A stretch of 63,940 bases of DNA, the filler included, from Octopus bimaculoides (Eukaryota), in NCBI RefSeq assembly GCF_001194135.2. It is 8 parts of 7 records of this genome, joined end to end, with 100 filler letters (N's around TTAATTAATTAA, not from the genome) between each part and the next. Parts side by side here need not be neighbours in the genome. Positions count along the whole stretch, not along the records: positions 11,016 to 15,890 come from NC_068990.1; positions 15,991 to 36,146 come from NC_068984.1; 6 more parts are not named here. One strand, written 5' to 3'. Positions 13,345 through 24,703 of this stretch are shown in pieces. Positions within the stretch are counted from its first letter, which is position 1; the number at the start of each line of letters is the position of its first letter. Both the position numbers and the translations under genes were made by a program. The notes below the pieces were generated by a model that saw nothing but the letters and a program-made list of their open reading frames with translations, had not been told where the DNA came from and did not search any database.

Positions 13345-15460
13345 CATAATAATAATAATAATGATTTCTTTATTAACTACAGATGTTTACATGAAGGAAA
13401 ACATTATAGACAGCCAGGACAAAACAAAAATGTGTGTATGTATGTGTGTAAAAAAAAGAGATCAACAACAATCCTCAATAGGGAGTAGACGTTCGAGAGC
13501 TGCTCATGGAAAAACCCCATAAAAACCTTGGATGCCCAGACTTTTGGGGTGTCTTTTTTCGTTTCTTTTCCTCTTTCCAACTATAGGCGTATGTTCAGGG
13601 CAATCCGTGCACTCGTATCATTCTTGCCACTTTCATTCACCTTTCAGCAAACTAACTAGAAGACAACACTTCCCACTCAACCCTTATTTTCATTTACAAG
13701 TGAAACTTGAAGAAGTTCATCAGGGATTGGCCAAAGAGAAAAGTGTTTGTCTTCAACCCCTTCAGTCTCGGCCGCCAAACAAAATTCTTTCGCCATGGCC
13801 ACCAGGCATATAAAAACAGCCTTTCGTTCCCGTTAAAGGAAGGCGACGGGGCGATCTTCATGATGAATTCAGTTGACAGCCGGATCCGTCCTACACGCGA
13901 CAGCATGTATTCGACATAAACCCACAGGTCAGCAATGCTCGAGCACTGAACGAGTGCATGCAGGACCGTCTCGTCGTCCTGCGCGCATTTCGGACATGCT
14001 CGGCTGACGGCACTTCTGTACCTGTNNNNNNNNNNNNNNNNNNNNNNNNNNNNNNNNNNNNNNNNNNNNNNNNNNNNNNNNNNNNNNNNNNNNNNNNNNN
14101 NNNNNNNNNNNNNNNNNNNNNNNNNNNNNNNNNNNNNNNNNNNNNNNNNNNNNNNNNNNNNNNNNNNNNNNNNNNNNNNNNNNNNNNNNNNNNNNNNNNN
14201 NNNNNNNNNNNNNNNNNNNGGGCAAGTGTCTTCTACTATAGCCTCGGGCCGACCAAAGCCTTGTGAGTGGATTTGGTAGACGGAAACTGAAAGAAGCCCG
14301 TCGTATATATGTATATGTATATATATATGTGTGTGTTTGTGTGTCTGTGTTTGTCCCCCCCAACATCGCTTGACAATCGATGCTGGTATGTTTACGTCTC
14401 CGTAACTTAGCGGTTCGGCAAAAGAGACCGATAGAATAAGTACTAGACTTACAAAGAAAAAGTCCTGGAGTCGATTTGCTCGACTAAAGGTAGTGCTCCA
14501 GCATGGCTGCAGTCAAATGACTGAAACAAATAAAAGAGTAAAAAAAAGAGAGTAATCCCAGCCCGAAAGTTCTCCGAAAAAGAGCGACTAGCTGATCTTC
14601 TTCGACGCCCAACGTCTCCCTAAGAACGTCATTGCACTTTTTCTAACTAATCCTCTATAAAAGTGGACGTTCCACCTGTCGCACTGTCCGATTGGCTGAG
14701 GGCTGTGAGCGCTTGAAGACATTCCAGTTTCCAAATGCATCCTCTCGGTCTCTGTTTTACCCACGGAAATGCGAGATTGGCGAACGTAGCGGATGCTGAC
14801 AGCAGATAGACCGCCTGACCATCAGGACACTCCCTTCCACAAGAAGCGGAAGAGTATACGCTCCTGCGTAATCAGACGGTGACCAGTACAAGTCACAACA
14901 GTCAGACGATAGTAGATGACGGACGTGATATGTGCGTTAGCCATCTCTGCCCGACCTTCCAAAGATAGTTTTCTCCCGGCCCATTTCTGAGTGAGAGTAG
15001 TCACCCCGTTCGTTACCTCGTCCCAGTTTTGTCCATCTGAAGGTCCGAACCGAACCAGACCCCGAGCAATTTAACCGGTCCGTCCGTCCAGCGCCCAACT
15101 ACGCAGTTGGACAGCATGGACATGCTTCTCCAGGTGCTGAGTCGCAGGCCCACTGATTTTTCCTGATTAATTGTCTCCCCTGAAACCGCCACGTAGTCCC
15201 TGAGAGCAGTGTCGATCATTTCTATGTGTTTATGATCCGACACCACTACGGTGACAACGTCGGCATATGCCGACGTGCATTTCCCACGTCCTAGATCACG
15301 TGTAATGTTTCTAAACGCCTCCAGTTTGTGTAGTAGTGGCTCGAGAGTCAGTGCGTACAAGAGAGACGAGAAGGGACAGCCTTGCCGGACCAAGTGCATG
15401 ATGTTGAACGGCTCTGGGAGGTAACTGATCACTCTGACCACGGTAAGCACACACAACTTT
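13345..15460 (-). mobile_element. 5'-truncated Tx1/L1-type LINE ORF2 (RT, C-terminal Cys/His finger, 3' UTR, (ATT)n tail), interrupted by a SINE
   Basis: RT motifs VRQGCPFSSLLY and SAYADV (second catalytic D lost) and INQEKS are present, followed by RKLSLEGRA, FRFLWKG and CPKC..ETVLHALVQC. The 3' end has an AATAAG-like signal and (ATT)n at ~13345-13375. Confidence 0.9.
14220..14550 (+). mobile_element. tRNA-derived SINE, family A (head lost in gap), nested in the Tx1 LINE
   Basis: ggcaagtgtcttctactatagcctcgggccgaccaaagccttgtgagtggatttggtagacggaaactgaaagaagcccgtcg plus a long tail; near-identical to 56330-56737. Confidence 0.9.
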
Positions 15461-15600
15461 GCTTAAAAAACAGAAATAACTGACCTGTCTCACAAAACTG
15501 GGGGCAAAAGCAGGAAAGTAAACTCACCATTCGACAGCAAATAACTTGTTGTCCACAAGTGTGGCTTACCAGGCTAACGGCCATATTAATAATAAGAATG

Positions 15601-15889
15601 ATCATCATCATCATCATCATCGCTTAACGTCCGCTTTCCATGCTAGCATGGGTTGGACGATTTGACTGAGGACTGGTGCAACCGGATGGCTACACCAGGC
15701 TCCAATCTAATTTGGCAGTGTTTCTACAGCTGGATGCCCTTCCTAACGCCAACCACTCAGAGAGTGTAGTGGGTGCTTTTACGTGTCACCCGCACGAAAA
15801 CGGCCACGCTCGAAATGGTGTCTTTTATGTGCCACCCGCACAAGAGCCAGTCCAGGGGCACTGGCAACGATCTCGCTTGAAAACCCTAC
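15601..15889 (-). mobile_element. 3' end of an RTE-type LINE (or its SINE partner) with (GAT)n tail
   Basis: Reverse complement is near-identical to 55068-55284, which follows an RTE RT fragment. Confidence 0.8.
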
Positions 15890-15994
15890 ANNNNNNNNNN
15901 NNNNNNNNNNNNNNNNNNNNNNNNNNNNNNNNNNTTAATTAATTAANNNNNNNNNNNNNNNNNNNNNNNNNNNNNNNNNNNNNNNNNNNNTATA

Positions 15995-16029
<35 letters not shown>

Positions 16030-16417
16030 TTATATATATATATATATATTTTATATATATATATATATAATGTGTGTGTGTGTATATTTATATATATAAA
16101 CACATATATGTATCTATGTATATATGTATGTATTATGTATGTATGTATGTATGTATGTATGTCTTTATATATGTATTTATGCATGTACGTATGTGTTTGT
16201 TTACGCACAGACACATACATACACGCACACACACATCTAAGTAGTTACCACTAACCATCCCACCAACACCATCATTCTTCCCTTCAATAGTTTTTCCTTA
16301 AGTGCAAAACACCCTGAACAGAACATTTATCAAACAAGGGTCAACATGTTCGCTGTGACAAAGACGACGGCATTACCAAGAACAAAAACAGCCACAACAA
16401 CCGCAACAACAAAATAG

Positions 16418-16455
<38 letters not shown>

Positions 16456-16732
16456 GCTACTGTGATGAAAAAGACGTGTAGTTTTTATACTCCTCCGTCG
16501 TTTTGTCTACTACGTACTACCTTTTAAATTCCTTCTGTATCGCCTTCGTTTCCATAACCGTAAACAAAATCGCAGTATTTTTTTTCCCCCTATGAGTAAT
16601 TCACCAAGAATCTCGTTTGAATCTTTGACCCCCGTTCACGTTATATATACATTCATAGAATATATAAATACATACGTAAATACATATCTTTCTATCCATT
16701 CATATATAAGTGTATGTGTTTGTATGTGTGTG

Positions 16733-16789
<57 letters not shown>

Positions 16790-18065
16790 NNNNNNNNNNN
16801 NNNNNNNNNNNNNNNNNNNNNNNNNNNNNNNNNNNNNNNNNNNNNNNNNNNNNNNNNNNNNNNNNNNNNNNNNNNNNNNNNNNNNNNNNNNNNNNNNNNN
16901 NNNNNNNNNNNNNNNNNNNNNNNNNNNNNNNNNNNNNNNNNNNNNNNNNNNNNNNNNNNNNNNNNNNNNNNNNNNNNNNNNNNNNNNNNNNNNNNNNNNN
17001 NNNNNNNNNNNNNNNNNNNNNNNNNNNNNNNNNNNNNNNNNNNNNNNNNNNNNNNNNNNNNNNNNNNNNNNNNNNNNNNNNNNNNNNNNNNNNNNNNNNN
17101 NNNNNNNNNNNNNNNNNNNNNNNNNNNNNNNNNNNNNNNNNNNNNNNNNNNNNNNNNNNNNNNNNNNNNNNNNNNNNNNNNNNNNNNNNNNNNNNNNNNN
17201 NNNNNNNNNNNNNNNNNNNNNNNNNNNNNNNNNNNNNNNNNNNNNNNNNNNNNNNNNNNNNNNNNNNNNNNNNNNNNNNNNNNNNNNNNNNNNNNNNNNN
17301 NNNNNNNNNNNNNNNNNNNNNNNNNNNNNNNNNNNNNNNNNNNNNNNNNNNNNNNNNNNNNNNNNNNNNNNNNNNNNNNNNNNNNNNNNNNNNNNNNNNN
17401 NNNNNNNNNNNNNNNNNNNNNNNNNNNNNNNNNNNNNNNNNNNNNNNNNNNNNNNNNNNNNNNNNNNNNNNNNNNNNNNNNNNNNNNNNNNNNNNNNNNN
17501 NNNNNNNNNNNNNNNNNNNNNNNNNNNNNNNNNNNNNNNNNNNNNNNNNNNNNNNNNNNNNNNNNNNNNNNNNNNNNNNNNNNNNNNNNNNTATATATAT
17601 ATATATATATATCTGCTAATAGAGAAGTGTGATTCAAAAGTCCCATAAGATAGGCGGTCAGTTAACTTCAAGCAGATATACGGCTCGTATAAATGACATA
17701 ATGCAGGTGGAAGTTGATCAACAAAGTTTATTATGCAAGGTATGTTATATTCTTAGTGCAATGTCAAATTTGCTGGAGATTTCGATAAGATGAGTGCTAC
17801 TATATAACTCACGGTTGCGCAATGAAAATTGATAATTATGTGTTTTTTGAATTGGTATGTGTAGGACGGAGAAGGTAAATTCGTTCTACATGTTTCCAAG
17901 TAAAGCTGACGATGTGTGACATAATTTAAAACTGTAAGTTATAAATTTGGTTTGACTCTTCTTCAAGTACCTTTGCCTGCTGGTTACAAATTCTTAATTT
18001 TTCTCTAGCATGAATGAAAGTTATATAGCTAGCATATGTTCACCTTCCTCTGAAAACCTCTATCA

Positions 18066-18096
<31 letters not shown>

Positions 18097-18152
18097 TACA
18101 CACACACACATGCATACGCACACACACACACACACATGCACACACATCTATA

Positions 18153-18445
18153 TTATCAGGTCAGGAAAACCTTGCTACTGGTGCCATGTAACCCAGTACT
18201 ACAGTCGAGTGGTCGGGGACTAAATTGCCAATCCCCACGCCACCGATGTTATCCAAAGGAAAGGCAGATGCCGATAAAGCTCGGCACGAGTGACGCCGCA
18301 ACTCATTTTTAGAGATGAGTAAACTAGAGCAACCTGAAATTAAGTGTTTTGTTCAAGAACATAACACACAGCCCGGTCCGGGAATCGAACTCGATACTTC
18401 ATGATTGTGAATCCGTCGCTCTAACCACTGAACCATGCGCCTTTA
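18153..18445 (-). mobile_element. tRNA-derived SINE with B2-type head and a distinct 3' body
   Basis: Head ggcgcatggttcagtggttagag..gagttcgattcccggaccgggctgtgtgttatgttcttgaacaaaacactt matches the head of 36543-36865. Confidence 0.65.
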
Positions 18446-18554
18446 CATATGTATGCATATGTAGAAGGTTGAAAAGGAACACACGAGTTGATACATATAT
18501 ATATGGAACTAAAGTCAAGGTAGAAAATGCTACAATAATTTTATAAAAAACATT

Positions 18555-18592
18555 TCAGTACCGGTTTCGGTCATTAAGAGTTTTTCAACTGT
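18555..18592 (-). ncRNA. Degenerate minimal type I hammerhead ribozyme relic (Penelope-type)
   Basis: CAG-TTGAAAA-ACTCttaatGACC-GAAA-CCGG-TA-CTG: stem I CAG/CTG and palindromic stem III ACCGGT, with a mutated core. Confidence 0.4.
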
Positions 18593-18730
18593 AAAAATTA
18601 AATGAAAAGTATTTTAGAAGAATATTTGCATAGTATTCAAATACAAGGGGAATTTTCCTTGTTTCTGCCTGTCTCTGTCTCTCTTGTTTACTCTTGTGGG
18701 TTCGAGGTCAGTCTGAATTCTTGGCAGAGG

Positions 18731-18902
18731 AGAAGAAGAAGAAGAAGAAGAAGGAGAAGAAGAAGAAGAAGAAGAAGAAGAAGAAGAAGAAGAAGAAGAA
18801 GAAGAAGAAGAAGAAGAAGAAGAAGAAGAAGAAGAAGAAGAAGAAGAAGAAGAAGAAGAAGAAGAAGAAGAAGAAGAAGAAGAAGAAGAAGAAGAAGAAG
18901 AA
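18731..18902. repeat. (AAG)n microsatellite, ~57 units
   Basis: Directly visible. Confidence 0.98.
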
Positions 18903-20215
18903 TTAAATTCTGGTGGCGAGTGTCATGTATTGAATTCCTAATGAATATATAACAAACGCTGTATATTTGTTTAAATAATTAAGAACCGCCAGTCACAAGG
19001 CATGTATGAGTTTTATGCAGACTCGTCCGTTTTTTTTTTCTTATATATATTGCGATTAAGATAAACGGGGGCTCACAATTGACTCCTTCGCCACAGGATC
19101 ACGGCTGATGTTACCCCTTCTCAAACTTTCAACTGTTGTTTGTGCTTCCGTTACGGTGAGATAGAAATTCACAGTTTACGACAATTTGATCCTTGTTCCT
19201 ATACCGGTGCTTATGAAATAAACAAATTACAAAACTTGACAATGGCTAAATCTGAACATAGTCATCATCTTTATTAAAATTTATGATCCTTGCAGTGTAG
19301 GTGTCACCACAGGTACTCCATAGTTTGTGCCTTTGTGCCACATTCACATATAGCAATGTTTATAGTTGTAGTTGTAATTGTTTTAGTATCACTTTCGATC
19401 TATCAGCTCCTATTCTCAGCCCATTAATTTCCATTTAACCCTGAGTGAATACAGACAAAGGGATAGTTGTTCACTTAACACCATTTCTATTGCTGTTCAT
19501 AGTGGAAGACTTGTGTTTCATTCCACAAGGTTGTTATCACCTCATTTGTTGTGATGTCACCCTCAAGGGGTTAGCTCATATCTAATGGAGATTTATTTTC
19601 ATTTCAGGTGACTCTGAACTATTATTTGGTTGAAAACAGAATGCATTCATCAATTTACTGGCGTTGACGCTAATCTGCATTGGTTGTTGATCTACAATAC
19701 CAACCAAAAATAAAGAGATTATCTGATACAGGTTGCGAGTAAGTCGACAGGATGGATATAGCTTCTTGGTTTGGATAGTTATTTCTCATACTTGGCTAAC
19801 GTTACAGCAGTAGAGCAGGATAAAACTTATGTAAGTTAAACGCTGAGTCTGAGGACTTTTTTCCTCTTCAGGAAAATGTGTGATATAACACGTTGTTGTT
19901 ACATGCAAGCGCTTTCATCAATGTCTTTCGGATATATATCAAGTTAATCCAGTGAGTATCTCCACTGTTTTAGATTTGTTCTCGATCAAGTTATCTGATA
20001 TTCGATATTAGTGCTTTGCTTTACGGTTTACTACAGATTCATCGTCAAGGACTGAAACCCGAGTCTTCATGTTCGTTTCATTTGTTCTCTACAATTGTGC
20101 ATTTAATAAGTTTATTTAACTTCTCGGAAATTCGCCATCGTCTTAGGTAAAACTGATATGAACGTAAACAAATCTAATTCACTTCCAATTACAACGATCT
20201 AATTCAGTGTCGACC

Positions 20216-20259
<44 letters not shown>

Positions 20260-20389
20260 TTCTGTCTGCTTGTCTGTTTGCCCCACAGAGTGAAACTAAG
20301 ACCAGACACCATCATGATTTTCTTTCTATGTCTCCCCTATTCTCTCTCCTCGCTATATTCTCTGTCTGTCTGCTTGTCTGTCTCTCTAT

Positions 20390-20560
20390 CATGCTACTTC
20401 AAAGCGTAAAATAGGTACAAAGATTCAATGTCATTCAGGTATTAAGTTTGGAACAACAATTGGTAGATTATATACTGTACATCCTACCCAAAATGAATGC
20501 TTTCATCTCAGAATGCTTCTTCATGTAAATTCATGTAAAAAGAGGACCATACAACAATCC
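20390..20560 (+). mobile_element. Helitron Rep/helicase fragment
   Basis: KRKIGTKIQCHSGIKFGTTIGRLYTVHPTQNECFHLRMLLHV..GP matches the Helitron IGRxYTVHPxQxECFxLRxLLxxVxGP motif. Confidence 0.75.
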
Positions 20561-20743
20561 ACGCTGCAAAACTCTGCATAATCACCACCAAATATGAAGT
20601 ATACCAAGATTCATAATCTACATAATTATGCGCTCGTGCGTGTGCGGCTGTGTTTGCAAAGTCGACCTCTACGGAATTAGTGGAAGAAGAAGGAGGAGGA
20701 GGAGGAGGAGGAGGAGAAGAAGAAGAAGAAGAAGAAGAAGAAG

Positions 20744-20774
<31 letters not shown>

Positions 20775-21876
20775 TTTTACAAAGGCATCAAGTCACAATT
20801 TTGGGAGATTTGGCCGAGAAGTTACGCAATCTCAGAAAGAAACACACATAACTACATATTCCGAGTCATGTTCGCGGCTCAACCTATTTGAACACTTTAT
20901 ATGCTATCAGGTTTTATTACCAACGTAACCTTAGAAAGTTATATTTTCTCACACATGTATTATAAAATTACAGTAAGGTTTAAGGTTTAGTTTGCATTAC
21001 TAAAACACCGGAAGATAAAAGAGATAACAATGCATAGATCTGTGCTATTTTGGGCTGATGCATCATATTTTAACCACGTCTATTTTTAGAGTGACTGTCG
21101 GTTAAAGCAAACAAAAGATAGCAAACTTCATTACTATAACTGGAGATATTTTGTATGATATCATCTAGGTCATCCAAATTAAAATTTATATTTAAACTGT
21201 CGATCGGTGTTGGGTAGATAAAAACAAAGTCTGTGTATATGTAGGTTACATAACGAGGATAGAATATATTGTAATCAGGCAAAAATTGTTAGCTTGAAAG
21301 ACCGGCGATGCTTGTCGTCAAGACATAAATTTTGTGCAGATTAGTGTATTTATTTCCTGATCCTTCTTTTTAAAGGGCAAAAATAAGACTCATAATAGAA
21401 TATGATATTTGTAAGTATATCATATTTGTGTGTAAATATAAATATATATATATGTATAAAATTATAATTTAGGGTATCTAAGAGATACCGCCATGCTGAA
21501 AATAGCAGCCAAATCTTGACTCTAAACCACAATAAAATGTTCATATAGCACACAGGAGCGAAGACGAAGAAAACAAAATAAACTAGCAGAAATTACTAGA
21601 TAATTCCAGATCCTGGATTTCTGGCTTTGCATTAGAAATACTTTGCCTCCTCAGCAGAATACACTCAGAAAAGCACATAAATACAAATATATATATATAT
21701 AACACGATATACTTACATATACGAACGTATACATACATATACATGCATGTATGCACACAACCAGTTTAAACAATTTAAACTGGCTGTGTGCATACATTCA
21801 TTCATAAACTGCACACATAACATGGACACAAGCAATTTTTTTTTCTTAAGAAAATACGTATTTAAATAAATTTTTA

Positions 21877-21908
21877 TGTCATGATTAGCGAAGCGAAACC
21901 GGTCGACA
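21877..21908 (+). ncRNA. Degenerate minimal type I hammerhead ribozyme relic
   Basis: TGTC-ATGATTA-GCgaaGC-GAAA-CCGG-TC-GACA: perfect 4-bp stem I, stem II, palindromic stem III and a GUC site; core has C3A and G8U. Confidence 0.5.
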
Positions 21909-22025
21909 AACAAAATATAAGATATATTAAAAATTATATTAAAACTATGTAAAGTGTGTGCATTTTCCTTCTTTAATTTCTTATATATATATATGTATAT
22001 GTGTGTGTGCGTGTGTGTGTGTGTG

Positions 22026-22060
<35 letters not shown>

Positions 22061-22076
22061 AATATATATGTATATA

Positions 22077-22116
<40 letters not shown>

Positions 22117-22149
22117 TACGTATGTATGTACTCATATATGGTTAGTCAA

Positions 22150-22388
22150 TATTACTCCTAAAGGGGTATTGGGCCAGTTTCTCAGTGCCTTTGGTGTATA
22201 TGTTCTCCACCTGACGGGACCCGGGTCTGTCGCAGTATTACTCACCTTTACCAACTGAATGGACTCGCTCAAAATGAAATTAAATGTTTTGCTCGAGAAC
22301 GCATCACATCAGTTGATCCAGGAATCGAAACCACAATCTTGAGGTCTTGAGTTCAATACCGTCACCACTGAGCCATGCGCCTCCACTA
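22150..22388 (-). mobile_element. Diverged tRNA-derived SINE (B2-type head)
   Basis: gtggaggcgcatggctcagtggtgacgg..ggtttcgattcctggatc head on the minus strand. Confidence 0.55.
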
Positions 22389-22410
22389 TACTCATATATA
22401 TATGTATGTA

Positions 22411-22449
<39 letters not shown>

Positions 22450-22476
22450 ATCTATATATATATATATATATATATA

Positions 22477-22660
22477 GGAGAATATACGAAAAAACAACAA
22501 CAGACGAGGACAGGTGGTGTAAATAACAAAAGGATGTATTAGTATGACGCTCGGGAATACGGAAAGTCTTTGACGTTTCGAGCTACGCTCTTCAACAGAA
22601 AGAATACGGAGACAAGGAGAAAAACACGGAGAAAAAAAATTGAATAGTGTCCAGTTATAT
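22477..22660 (-). mobile_element. Penelope-like pseudo-LTR-type repeat carrying a variant hammerhead motif (22567-22603)
   Basis: TCTTT-CTGTTGA-A-GAGCgtaGCTC-GAAA-CG-TC-AAAGA. A homologous copy lies at 51011-51185. Confidence 0.55.
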
Positions 22661-22676
22661 ATATATATATACACAA

Positions 22677-22711
<35 letters not shown>

Positions 22712-22724
22712 TATGTATGCTTTG

Positions 22725-22887
22725 TAGGCACAGGTATGTCTGTGTGGTCTAGACACTCGCTTTGCAACCGCCACATGGTTTCACGTTCAGTTCTGGTGTG
22801 TCTTCTACTATAACCTCGGGCCGACCAGTGCCTTGTGAGGGAATCTGGTTGACGGAGAATGTGTGAAAGCCTGCTATATTCGTGTGT

Positions 22888-22954
<67 letters not shown>

Positions 22955-23080
22955 AGTGTGTATCTTTGTGTTCGCGTAAGTCCCTACACTTACCTCGTAA
23001 CAATCAGTGTTGCTTTGCTTACGTACCCATAACTTTGCAGTTCGTCAAAGAGACCGACAGAATAAGTACCTGACTTAAGA
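22725..23080 (+). mobile_element. Diverged SINE, family A
   Basis: tgtcttctactataacctcgggccgacc..ccttgtgag core, (GT)n, and tail gagaccgacagaataagtac. Confidence 0.7.
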
Positions 23081-23389
23081 GAAAAAAAAAAAGAACTGTG
23101 GTGGATTTTTTCAAGCATAGCCCAAGTCCAATGGCTTAAGCCACTAAAAGAAATGAAACATTATAAATCTACTTAGAAGTAACTGTATGCTGAAGATAAG
23201 ACTACTCTAATAAGATAAAGCTGTACGGGAGATAAAGCTGTGTAAGTAGTGATGAACCTATCATAAACGTACTCTATTGTACACTTGTTGTACCAGTTTC
23301 AGTAGTACATATACTAATACTGAAACGATAGAGAAAGATTAGCATGACATCCGCGCAAAGGTGACACGCAAATTCATGAAGCGTTCCCA

Positions 23390-23710
23390 GGCGGTGAGCT
23401 GGCAGAATCATTAGCACGCTGGGCAAAATGATTAGCGGCATTTCGTATGGCATTGCGAGATCCAATCACACCAAGGTCGACTTTGCCTTTCGTCCTTTCG
23501 AGGTCAATGAAGTAAGTACCAGTTGGGCACTGGGGTCGCTGTAATCGACTTAACTCCTCGTCTGAAATTGCTGGCCTTGTGCCAAAATATGAAATCAATA
23601 TTGTACACTTGTGAAGGCGGCGAGCTGGTAGAATCGCTGGTAGCATGCCGGACAAAATGATTAGCGACATTTCGTCTGTCCAAAGACAGGCCTTGTACCA
23701 AAATTTGAAT
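23390..23710 (+). mobile_element. Two tandem SINE family C copies (second internally deleted)
   Basis: Heads ggcggtgagctggcagaatc at 23390 and ggcggcgagctggtagaatc at ~23616; both end in ggccttgt(g/a)ccaaaat. Confidence 0.75.
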
Positions 23711-24124
23711 TCAATATATTTAATGAGTGAAAATTAAGAATATAATTAAAAATAATTGACGTAAAATAAAAATTAGCGTATTTTACGGATCGTGGAGAAA
23801 TTACTCATTTTATGCTTCTCTCTAAAAGATATTTGGTTTACTTCAGAGAAACTAGTATTGGTGTGTTGCCGGAAGTCAATTTACTTGAACAACAATTACG
23901 AAACAAAAAAGAAAAAAGAAAAAACAAATACAATTTCAAACGTTAGATTTCTTTATTTTACTGATCTACGGAAATTATGAATAACATTCGCAGAATACAA
24001 TAGTCCGGTATTATAATCAGCAGGAGGTGTATTTCCGGTTTATTAGACATTATTTCAATTGTTAGCGAAGAATAAACTTCATCAACCTGTGGCTGTGCTT
24101 ATATCATTTTGAATTATGAATCAT

Positions 24125-24164
<40 letters not shown>

Positions 24165-24280
24165 ACTCTCTCACACACGAGCGCATGAATCTATATATAT
24201 ATATATATATATATAGATAGATACATACATACGTATATATATAAATATACATACGCGTGTGTACACACACACACATACAT

Positions 24281-24363
<83 letters not shown>

Positions 24364-24364
<1 letters not shown>

Positions 24365-24512
24365 GCAGGTGGGGCTGTGTGGTAAGAAGCTTGTTTCCTA
24401 ATCACATGGCTCCGGGTTGAGTCCCACTGCATGGCACCTAGGGCAGGTGTCTCCTACTGTAGCCTCGGGCTAACCAAAGCATTGTCAATGGATTTAGTAG
24501 ACGGAAACTGAA
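24364..24512 (+). mobile_element. SINE family A, 3'-truncated
   Basis: ggctgtgtggtaagaagcttgtttcc..gggttgagtcccactgc (A/B-box-like head) through ggaaactgaa. Confidence 0.8.
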
Positions 24513-24626
24513 AAAATAGACGTCAAAAGACACTATTACCACCATAGATTCTCCATTATGTTGTGCTGTGTTATTCTCGGAGAAGTTATGGTGGTAATAG
24601 CGTCTTTTGACGTCTATTTTTTCAGT
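24507..24626. repeat. Long inverted repeat (hairpin), 40-bp arms with 1 mismatch
   Basis: 24507-24546 actgaaaaaatagacgtcaaaagacactattaccaccata pairs with 24587-24626; an inner ttctcc/ggagaa extends the pairing. Confidence 0.9.
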
Positions 24627-24669
24627 GCGTGGTGAGGCATGTATGTATGTATGTATGTATGTATGTATG

Positions 24670-24703
<34 letters not shown>

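Noticed and set aside
18602-18952. Poly-Arg/poly-Lys/poly-Glu ORFs (also 20628-20928) and poly-Ile/Leu ORFs near 5.0 and 9.3 kb
   Set aside because: They are translations of (AAG)n, (GGA)n and (ATT)n microsatellites.
19609-19738. Acceptor (ttcatttcag) and donor (gtaagt) pair resembling an exon
   Set aside because: There are stops in all three frames and no other support.
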